Positions 1 to 10,015 of a stretch of 43,496 bases of DNA are shown in pieces. A program made the position numbers and the translations under genes. Location: positions 1-43,496 of the forward strand of contig RBNJ01000075.1 of NCBI GenBank assembly GCA_003990765.1, written 5' to 3'. The stretch comes from Jimgerdemannia flammicorona. Taxonomy: Eukaryota. Within the stretch, counting starts at the first letter, position 1; each line of letters starts with the position of its first letter. The notes under the pieces are model-generated. The model worked only from the letters and a program-made list of their open reading frames with translations, did not search any database and was not told the origin of the DNA.

Positions 1-96
1 GGTGAGGAGGGGGACCCAAGGGGCATCGGTTAAGGTGGATAGAGGCATTTATGTATTATCTATAGAGGTATTAATAAAGAATGGGAGTCCAAGTGA

Positions 97-129
<33 letters not shown>
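1..129 (+). mobile_element. 3' end and poly(A) tail of an L1-clade LINE, abutting a Gypsy integrase
   Basis: ATTAATAAAG..GGAGTCCAAGTGACT followed by an A-run at 99-129. This matches the 3' ends of the LINE copies at ~35709-35789 and (reverse complement) 10016-10070. Confidence 0.85.
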
Positions 130-131
<2 letters not shown>

Positions 132-959
132 AGTACCATTTATCCATATTGCAATGGATGTGATTAGTCCTCTACCCCAGATTTTGACTGATAACTGATA
201 CATCATTGTTATCATAGACCTTTTTATGAAATAGATAGAGGCAGAACCTCTCAAGAAAGTCAATACACAGTCAATTGCTGATTTTTTTCACAAAGAAATC
301 ATCTGCTGGTTCAAGACTCCAACACAAGTAACCACAGATAGAGGAATAGAATTTGTAAATCATTTCTTTGAGATTCTCTACAAGAAGTATAAGATCCAGC
401 ACATTCATGCTACAGCATACCATCCTCAAGGAAATAGACAGGCAGAAAGGACTAACAAGACCCTCAAAAATATTATCACCAAGATCTGTGATAACTATGA
501 AAACTGAGATCACTATCTACCAATAGCATTATCTACTCTCCAGGATATTCAATCACAAAACACCCATTTCACCCCTTGGGAAATGCTGTTCAGAAAAGAA
601 GGTTCTCAAGAAACTCTATTATCTAATAGAGATACTATATGAAAATATATAGATAGAGAAATATGGAGACTATACCAAATCAGAAAAAGGCTGAGAATTA
701 TATAATCAAGGTGCAGATACTATAATGGAATAATGTGGAAAAGATTTACAAGCCTCTAGAGATTATCAAGATAGAAGACAAAGTTCTAGTATATCAGAAT
801 ATAGTAAAAGCTTTATAGTTATGAAAACTAGAACCTAAGTAAGAAGGACCTTACTTTGTGCAAAATATAAAAGAGACTACCTTTTGGCTATGAAAACTCT
901 CAGGCACAATTATCTCTACTATTATTCACTGAAACTGACTCAAGAAGTATCATAGCTAG
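130..959 (+). pseudogene. Ty3/Gypsy integrase core and GPY/F region (element A, no chromodomain), with nonsense mutations
   Basis: Manual translation: PFIHIAMDVISPLP..YIIVIIDLFMK*IEAEPL..VTTDRGIEF..TAYHPQGNRQAERTNKTLK (DDE motifs), and EGPYFV near 842. Confidence 0.9.
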
Positions 960-969
960 TTAATGAAGT

Positions 970-1506
970 ATGACCATAGCTCTCAAAATCACTAGTACTG
1001 CACAATGAGCTATAGAAAGACAATGGTATACTACTGAGCTACCCACAATAGAGGAATCCTTTGACAGCATTCAAAGTATAGTATAGATATATCTATTATG
1101 AATTTTATACTTCAAGATCTACCAGAATCAGACAGAGCTTCAAGAATACTTCAAGTTAGAACAGCTACTGAATTTGTGACCAAAAATGGGAAAAGAAGAC
1201 TGGATTAGAGAGTGCCAGCTCTCTCACTCTCAGATCATGATCACCAAACAAGTAAATAAGCTGTTCAAAGATGATAAGACAGCTCTAGCCTATTTCTAAG
1301 GAGTAGTTTCAGGAGATTTTGGATATATCAAAAGACACTATTGAGAGAATATAATGATACAAATAGCATAGTACAAGGAGATACAAATTATAGAAGCTTG
1401 GGAGTTTGAGTAAATAAGATATTTTAGGGATAAATCACCTATTCAGGAGGAAGTTGTGATGGTTGATCTGAATTAGGAATAAGAATCAGGAGAATTAGAC
1501 ATTTGA
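970..1506 (+). pseudogene. Extra post-integrase ORF of Gypsy element A, unknown function
   Basis: One frame from ATG 970: MTIALKITSTAQ*AIERQWY..ELQEYFKLEQLLNL..LSHSQIMITKQVNKLFKDD... Stops are single transitions from CGA/CAA/CAG/TGG. The frame runs through the PPT into the LTR. Confidence 0.55.
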
Positions 1507-1940
1507 TTATAGTACCTGAACTCAATTCTCAATATAGTATAGCTTTACAAATAGTAGTCATTTTACAAATGTTAAAGTTTTTATGAATGTTAAACTCTTT
1601 ACAAATATCAAGAATTCACAGATGTTAAAGTCTTGATAATCATCAAAAGATTTAACAGATATCAAAGTTTAATATTTGTAAAAAGTGACTCATAACATAG
1701 TCATAACTTAGCCACCTTATAACTAGTAAACTTGTATAAATATCTCCAGTATCTAGAGTGAATAAACCTCAGATCAAAATAGTTCAAAGCAAAGAGAAAG
1801 TAAAGGAACTAGTAAGCCTGCAGGCAGATACACTTTAAACTCACCTACTCCTGTATCCTGAGAACTCTGTAGAGTCAAAGAAGATCAAGTTTTCAAGATA
1901 CAGAAATCTGACATACTTTCAAGGTTAAGAGTCCACTATA
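1455..1940 (+). repeat. Probable 3' LTR of Gypsy element A
   Basis: Purine tract AGGAGGAAG, then TGTGATGG..CCACTATA (consistent with a decayed TGTGGTGG..CCACCACA). TATAAATA ~1735 and AATAAA ~1761. RT of element B starts right after it. Confidence 0.6.
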
Positions 1941-4268
1941 TTATACTAGACAAATTTGTTATTATCTATATTGACAACATCCTAGTCTTCAGCAAAACCC
2001 TGAAGGAATATCTTGAATATCTTGAACTAGTACTACTGAAGCTTTGAGAAAATCAACTTTATGCAAAACTCAGCAAATGTGAATTTCTTCTGAAGGAAAT
2101 TCAATTCCTGAGATATATTATCACTCTTAATGGAATCAAAGTAGACTCTAGCAAAATCTTCACAATCAAGAATTGGCCCAGACCCAAGAAGCTGAAAGAT
2201 CTCCAGTCATTTCTAGGACTAGTAAACTATTACTAGTGATTTATTGCCAACTTCATCAAGATCACTACTATTCTTACTCAAATGATCAAGTATAGTAAAA
2301 AAAAAAAAAAACAGCCTTGGACCACAAAGCAAGAAAAGGACTTCAACAATCTTGTAAATTAGAAATCTAAATAAGATACAGCCTTTCAAGCTCTAAAGGA
2401 TACCTTGATAACTACTCTAGTACTTTAAGCAGTAAATCCTGCCCTCTCATATGAAGTCACCACTAATGTCTCTAACTTAGCTCTTGGAGCAGTACTCATA
2501 CAAGAAGGACACCCTGTAGCCTACTATTCTTGAAAGTTCAATGATATCAAAATCAACTATATAATCTATGAGAAGGAAATATTAGCCATTATAGACACTC
2601 TGATCAAATAGTGACCATACCTAAAAGGAGTATACTTTATTGTTTTAACAGACCATAAATTATTGGTCAACATCAAGACTCAGGCTACTCTTTCACCAAA
2701 GTAAGCCAGATAGATAAAAGTCCTTATCAATTTTGACTACAAAATCCAGTATTGCCCTAATAAGAAAAATATTATTACTGATGTAATCTCCAGATCACTA
2801 ATTGAAAAAGTTATCCAAACTCTCATCTTAGTTACCAACTCTATTATAGAATAAATTATTGTAGCATATACTGATAATAAAGAAGTCCAAGCACTCTGAG
2901 AAATTCTGAGTAGTGACAATATTAACAAGTATATAAAATATCAGCAATACCAACTGAAGGACAATATCATCTACTATAAGAACAAATTATATATTTCTAA
3001 CAATTGAGATCTCTACAGCTGGACATTTAGAATTTGATAAATACTATAAAGTTATTTTCTGAAACTTCTATTGGTCCTATATAATAGATCAGCTAAAGAC
3101 CTATATTACTTTCTGTGATGCCTGCCAATACAACAAGTCCTCAACACTAGCAAAACCTGGTCTACTCTACACTATCTCAGTACTATCTGCCAATTGGAAA
3201 CAAATCTCTATAGACTTCATTATATAACTACTCTAAACCAAGAATGGGAAAGATACAATTATTATCTTCATAGACTATCTCAGCAAACAAGCCCACTTTG
3301 TATCTACTACTACAACTATAATAGTACCTGAAATCACTATACTCCTATTTAACAATATCTTCTGCTATCATGGTCTTCCTAAGATCATTATTAGTGACCA
3401 AGATCTGAAGTTCACCAGCTACTTTTGGAAAGCTCTCCATAACTATCTTAGAACAAAACTTGTACTATCCATAGCCTTTTACTCTAAAACTGGCAGTCAA
3501 ACTAAAAAGATGAACCAAACTTTAGAACAAATACTAAGGAACTATATTTTTTATAGATAAGATGATTAGCATGAACACCTTACTATAGTCAAGTTTACCT
3601 ATAATAATAACAAGCAAACCTCTCTTAGAATGATCTCATTTCTTGCCAATATAGGACAAAACCCAAACACCCCTCTGATACTTATCAAAACTACTGATGA
3701 ATTAGTTAAAGCTGTTGAAGAATTCCTACTCTGAATATATAATTTAAGTCAGATTACAATTGAGAATTTATCCCAAGCTCAAGAACAACAGTTACAGTAT
3801 GTTAACCAGTACTACTAAGAAACTTTTGACATCAGAGAAAAAGTTCTACTAGATATCCAAGAATACTGAGTTGATAATCTCAAGTACAGACTATCTATGA
3901 AGCTAAATAGCAAATTTATTAGACCATTTGAAGTCATTACACAAGTCTCTCCAACTTCTTACAAACCAGTACTACCAGATACCATTAAGATTCACTCAGT
4001 CTTCAATATTCAATATCTTAAATAATATAATAAAAATAATAACAAGCTATTTCTAAACTGAACTATAGAACCACCTGCACCTGTCATTATTAATGATTAA
4101 GAAAAATATAAGGTTAATCAAATTCTCAACAAATACAGCCATAAGAACCATTCAGAATATCTTGTCAAATAGAAAGATTATCTGATCCATAATGTAATAT
4201 AGAAACCCAAGACCAATTTCTAGAATGCTACTGACATAGTTCAAGAATATGATTTCTTGAATAACTAA
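1941..4268 (+). pseudogene. Chromoviral Ty3/Gypsy pol (RT C-half, RNase H, integrase, chromodomain), element B, 5'-truncated
   Basis: LDKFVIIYIDNILVFSKT (YxDD), KLSKCEF, LQSFLGLVNYY. RNase H: TTNVSNLALGAVL..YEKEILAI..TDHK. Integrase: SIDFI..ISDQDLKFTS. Chromodomain: YKVNQIL..EYLVK*KDY at ~4105-4260. Confidence 0.92.
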
Positions 4269-4972
4269 AAAACTGAACACTCTAGTATCTGTCAGTCTAT
4301 ACTATATATTACCCCTCTTGAATATCAAGTACTCTTATAATTATCATGAATGAAACCAAGAACTTAATAAGATAAGACAAAGGAATACTGATCTTCTAGA
4401 AAAATAACAAAACTGAAAGTCAGTCTATTCTCTCTATATCACTGATGGAAAACAAGACATAGATATTTAAGAAGATTCCTTAGAGAAAATTCTCTAGCAG
4501 TGAATGATGTCAGAATTACTTCTGGCATATAGTATCAAATATATGACTCTTTAATATGTGAATTCAATGCATTAGGCAACTATATTATGAGTATACCACT
4601 TTCTGAGAAAAATAGATGTTATTGAACTTTTGATTATCCAAATAGTGTAACAATACTAGATCAAATTTAGAAGACCTTGATGAGGATATCAAAAGCTAAG
4701 AAGGAGAGAGTTATAAGTACACAATCTCTAAGGCACCAAAATCACATGTCACCCTCAGAACAAATCTAGAAATTATATATAAGATCATGAAGCTGAGTCA
4801 AACCAAAGTCACAGAATACAAAGCTGAGTCAACTTGAGTTACAGAATACAAGATTTATACAAATAGAACTTTACCAATCAGGACTGAATATATACTAAGC
4901 ACTCAGATATATTGAAATGAAGAACTTCAATAAACCAAATAACAATCACAACTCTTGAATATATATATAAAT

Positions 4973-6036
4973 ATGACCACTGAGATTTACAACTATATTC
5001 ATACTGATATTTGGAATATCATTATCAACTGAGTCACACCTCTCCTACCCCTTATGAATATCTATAGTCTGGCATCTCTTTACTTTGTAGAAGCCTGATG
5101 GAATGCTCTGAACATGCTCAGCAAAGCCTACCAAATCAGACAAATCTCAAGCTATTACCAGATTGGCTGACTCCTAGAAGATATGATTGATACAGATATT
5201 ATCCAGATATCTCAACACCAGAAACTCATCACCTACAAATACTAAGAACTTTTATAAGTACAGCATTTTTATTCTCTATCTCTAAGTTACTACTACTGAA
5301 ATGATTGTCACTCTGTTCTATAGCCAAATTGATGATATAGTATAAGAACTCAATTACAAGTATATTGAGTATATTCAAACTACAGATAGAATCTTTCTAT
5401 ACTCTAATGACTATATTCTACAAATGTCCCAAGTTGGATATATCATGAAGGATATCTACAATATAATCTAGTTTAATAATAATAAAGCAGAAAATAATGA
5501 TTCCTCTGATGCTGACATAACCTCCAGCCAAGGATCCCTACCAGCCCTGATCACCTTACCAATCTTGTCAATGAACTTATAATAGTTCATAATTACCTAT
5601 GAGACCTATTGAGATAATGACCACTGGTATGAGTACTAACTTACATTTATACTTAATTACTTTAACTATAATAAAGAGACTGGAGAACACAACCTGTACC
5701 TCCAGACAACCCTTGAGATTAAATCAACAACTCTACTATCTGAGTATATATGATATAAAGAATAACCACCAGCTTATTATAACCTAGCAATACATAGTAC
5801 CATATAGAAAATATACAGACAGTGAATCTGATGAAAGTAAAGATGATACACCCCTCTTTCACCCACCAACTCCATATTCTGTATATGAGACTGATGATGC
5901 TATCCTGTAGAATGATGATATAATCTCAATATATTATTATCTGAGTGAACAGGGAGAAGTAATCCAAGAACCACTTTTTCTAGATAACTACTTCATCAAT
6001 GGTGATATTATTGAAGACTATCCAGATAGCATCTAA
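4973..6036 (+). pseudogene. More decayed copy of the LTR-internal (U3) ORF
   Basis: Colinear with 6779-7876, from MTTEIYNYIHTDIWN.. to ..DIIEDYPDSI*, with more transitions and small indels. Confidence 0.7.
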
Positions 6037-6778
6037 ATCTATAGATAGCTTAGCAGTTACTAATATACATAGTTAGATTAGTCTTATATAACATAACTAT
6101 ATACTGATTTAACAGTCAGACAATCTCTTAATATATTAGTTCATACTTATACTATATGACTGCATTCTGACTCAGCAAGGTACTAAGTACTACATCCATA
6201 TTTAGTATAGTCCAGATAGTCTCCCATTAGTATAAATATCCCCTCTACCAGACCTTAGAATCTCAGACTCAAATAGACTTAAATAATCTAAACATATAAT
6301 AACTTTTGAATACTTGTACATAATATTTCTTTACATACTACTCCTAGTATAGCAATATGTATTATAAATAGCAAATAAATCTATTTAATAACCTATAAAC
6401 CACTCTTAAACCCTATTAGGTCCTACTCCTAACCACATTATGAAATTTTCTAATTAGGTATTATCTGCAGTAATATACTAGTTCAACTATAAGTGCACAA
6501 TCTCCAAACTACTGAAATTACACATCACCCTCTGAACAAGCCACTGAAATCATATGCAACCTCTGAACAAATCTGGAAATCACCTATCTGATCATGAAGC
6601 TGAGTCAAACCGAAGTCACAGTACACAAAGCTGAGTCAATATGAAGTCATGGAACACAAGACTTACACAAACAGGATCTTACCAATCAGGACCAAATGCA
6701 TATATACTGAGCACCAAGACATGTCGAAAATGAAGAACCAAAACAAATAACAACCATAACTTCTGAATATACACAAAC

Positions 6779-7876
6779 ATGATCACCAAGATCTATAACC
6801 GCATCTGCGCTGATATTTGGAATGCCATTGTCAACCGAGCCACACCCCCTCTGCTCCTCATGAATATCCATAGCCTAGCACCCCTCTACTTTGTAGAAGC
6901 CTGATAGAATGCTCTGAACATACTTAACAAGGCCCACCGGATCAGACAAATCTCAAGCTACTACCAGATCGGCTGCCTCCTGGAAGATATGGTCGAACAC
7001 TACCATGATACAGATATTACTCAGATGTCTCAACACCAGAAGCTCATTGCCTGCAAACACCAAGAACTCTTTTATGAGTACAGCACCTTTATTCCCTGTC
7101 TTCAAGTTACTACCAGTGAAATGATTGCTACCCTGTCCTATGGCCAAATCAATGACATAATACAAGAACTCAACCACAAGTACCTCGAGTATGTTGAAAC
7201 CACAGACAGAATCTTCCCATACCCTGATGACTATATTCTACAAATGCCTCAAGTTGGATATACCATAAAGGATGTCTACAATATAATCCACTTCAATGAA
7301 GATGAAGTAGAAGATAATGACCCCTCTGATGCTGACATGACCTCAAGTCAAGGATCTCTACCAACCCTGATCACTCTACTAACCTTGCCAATGAACTTAT
7401 AACAGTTTATAACCATATATGAGACCTATTGGGACAATGACCACTGGTACAAATATCAACCCATGTTCACCTCTGATTACTTCAACTACAATGAAGAGAC
7501 TGGAGAATACAACCTGTACCTTCAGACAACCCTCGAAATTGAACCAACAACTCCACCACCTGAGTATGAGTGACATGAACCACAGCCACCAGCTTACTAC
7601 AATCCCGTGACTCATAGTGCTGTAATCTACAGAAGGTATATAGACAGTGAATCCAATGAAAGCAAAGATAATGTACACCTCCTTTGCCCACCAACACCTT
7701 ATCCAGTATACAAGACAGATGATGCTATTCTGTGGGACAGAGATGAAGTTTCAATATATTATTACCTCAGCGAATAAGGAGAAGTAATCCGCAAACCACT
7801 CTTTCTAGATGACTACTTCATCAGAGATGATACAATCAATGGTGATGTCATCGAAGACTACCCAGACAGCGTCTAA
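6779..7876 (+). pseudogene. ~365-codon ORF inside the LTR U3 region, unknown protein with two PPxY motifs
   Basis: One frame with no frameshift from ATG 6779 to TAA 7874-7876, containing listed ORF 6989-7402. Five internal stops (6902, 6905, 7400, 7571, 7775), each one transition from a sense codon. Two of them are sense (TGG, CAG) in the other LTR copy. Confidence 0.8.
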
Positions 7877-8065
7877 ACCTATAAATAGCTTAGCAGTCAT
7901 GGTATAGTTAGATTAGCCTTGTACAATGTGACTATGAACTGACTCAGCAGTCAGATGATCTCTTGACATGTCAGATCACTATTGTACTATATGACTGCAT
8001 TCCAACTCAGCAAGGCACTTAGTGCTATATCCATATTTAGCATAGTCCAGATAGCCCCTCACTAG

Positions 8066-8196
8066 TATAAATACCCCCTCTCCCAGACCTCAGAATCTCA
8101 GATCTGAACAATCCAAACACAACTTCTGAGCACTTCTTCACAATATTCCTTCACACAACTACTCCTAGTATAGCAATATCATGAATAGCGAATAAA
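8066..8196 (+). promoter_or_regulatory. Canonical LTR TATA box and poly(A) signal
   Basis: TATAAATA at 8066-8073 and AATAAA at 8191-8196, both also present in the outer copy (~6231 and ~6374). Confidence 0.65.
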
Positions 8197-8809
8197 CCTA
8201 TTTAATAACCCACAAACCACTCTTAAGTAAATCTGCTCCCCATTAGGTCCCACTCCTAACCCCATCACGAAATTTCCTAATCAGGTATTATCTGCAGCAA
8301 TACATCAATTCAACTAAGCTGGTGTTAGTTTCTTGAACTTCCTGAAATATGAAAAATCCTAAACATCCAGAACTAGTCCAAAAAAGGACTTTGGTTGAGA
8401 TGTCAACCCGATCTTGAAATCAATAAGTGTAGAGGACGTACTCTATATGAAATTGATCTTGACCATAAGAAAACAGTCTTTCAGAATATCCAGAACTTCC
8501 AGAAAATCCTTCCAGAACTATGTAATGGTTACCCTAAAAAGCAACCCTCTGACATCAACTAAGCTGATCTTAGTTTTTTAAACTTCCTAAAATATGAAAT
8601 ATCCTGAACATCTAGAACTAGTCTGAAAAAAAACTTTAGTTGAGATATCAATCTGATCTTGAAATAAATAAGTATAGAGGATATACTCCATATGAAATTA
8701 ATCTTAACCTTAAGAAAACAATCTTCCAGAATATCCAGAACTTCTAGAAAACTCTTCTAGAACTATATAATGGTACTTTTATAAGTAACTCTCTTACAAT
8801 CACCCTCTT

Positions 8810-9310
8810 TGAGATGCTTACTCTCCTATATCTCTCTTAATACTACTATTCTTAGACTACTTCTCTTACTAATTATTACTATTTATCTACTAACTTCCCA
8901 ACTCTATTTATTGTTTTTCTTTAAATATCTATCTCTAATATACTGCTATTAGGATCCAGATACCAAGAATTCTTTCTACACTATCTCATATATATATTTC
9001 CTTTCTTTCCTATCAGCCTTCTTTTGATTATCACTTCCACTATCTCTCCAACTCTATTACCCCTATCTCTTCAGTATATCTCTAAGTACTGTCAGTAATC
9101 TTTTTACTCTTGATAACTAGTCAAGATATGCTCTAGTATCTATACCTCTTTATTACTAGTTTTATTATACTATTTATACTCTTAATAGTCTTAGACATAT
9201 ATATATCTATTCTTTTCTATATTTCAACATTACATTCTTTTTCAAAAACTATCACCATACTATCTAAAACCTAGATAATATTATTTTTTACAAAGTATTA
9301 CTTTAGCTTA
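8810..9310 (-). repeat. Heavily decayed repeat, probably a non-LTR RT fragment of another family; second copy at ~27070-27575
   Basis: Direct similarity to 27070-27575. The minus strand gives RILGIWI / ILGV*I and *LVIKSKK, resembling RT domains 6-7. Confidence 0.4.
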
Positions 9311-9374
9311 ATATTTTGTCTTACTCTCAAAATTCATAAATTATTACTTAGTTAATATATATAAATATTTTAGT

Positions 9375-9704
9375 TAGTACTCAGAACAAATTGAATTAAA
9401 TCAAATTTATCTCTAATTCAATTTAATTTGAAATATTTACATTAAATTATGGGTTAATTTAATTTAATTCAAAGTCCAATTTAAACCTAATTTTTCAAAA
9501 TTCAATAACTCAATTAAAATATATCTAAATTTAATAGAATTCAGTATAATAAATAATATTAAATTTGGATATATTTCTATTGAGTTATTATATTTTGAAT
9601 TTGGACTAAATATTTCAAATTAAATCAGACTCTAATTTGATTCAATCAAATTGAATCAGACCTCAATTCAATTCAAATTTAATTTGATTTATTTAGAAAT
9701 ACTA
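9375..9704. mobile_element. hAT-type MITE with an 8-bp TSD
   Basis: Imperfect TIRs TAGTAC..AAATTGAATTAAAT / ATTTAATTTGATTT..ATACTA. TSD ATTTTAGT (9367-9374) and ATTTTAGC (9705-9712). The empty site is visible in the paralog near 26477-26485. Confidence 0.75.
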
Positions 9705-10015
9705 ATTTTAGCAATTGTATTTAAAATAAACCAGCTCTTAGTTCAGTATAAAATATATGAAGTCACTCTCTATACATATTTCTCTTGAGTTCTTAGTAAT
9801 GATATCTAAGTTACTCTAGTGTTTCTAACTAAACTCCAAAGTCTAACTAACTTCTATCAAACTGAGAATCAGTATATAAATCTAAAAAAGAAATCTCTTT
9901 AAATCTGAATCACAAGAGATTTAGTTTGTATATAGAAGAAATAAGTCTCTTATAACTATAGTTACCAAAGAAGAGTAATATATATTTTTTTGCTACAAAG
10001 AAACTATAATTTCTC

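Larger units (their letters stand above)
6488..8554 (+). mobile_element. Solo LTR (2067 bp) of the element-B family, with a 5-bp TSD
   Basis: TATAAG..CTGACA termini flanked by TCAAC at 6483-6487 and 8555-8559. It retains CpGs that the outer copy has lost. Confidence 0.9.
4712..8798 (+). repeat. 3' LTR of element B (~2 kb: 4712-6487 plus 8560-8798), split by a nested solo LTR
   Basis: Follows the PPT AAGAAGGAGAGAG. Termini TATAAG (decayed TGTAAG)..CTTACA. The two halves align colinearly with 6488-8554. Confidence 0.9.

Noticed and set aside
60-263. 67-aa minus-strand ORF with poly-Phe
   Set aside because: Artefact of the LINE poly(A) tail.
130-4268. Frequent in-frame stops suggesting an alternative genetic code or readthrough
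   Set aside because: All three stop types occur, they differ between copies and are explained by transitions. The host genes read normally in the standard code.
4270-4700. Possible extra ORFs between chromodomain and PPT (also 28455-28780)
   Set aside because: No consistent frame or motif could be recovered by hand.
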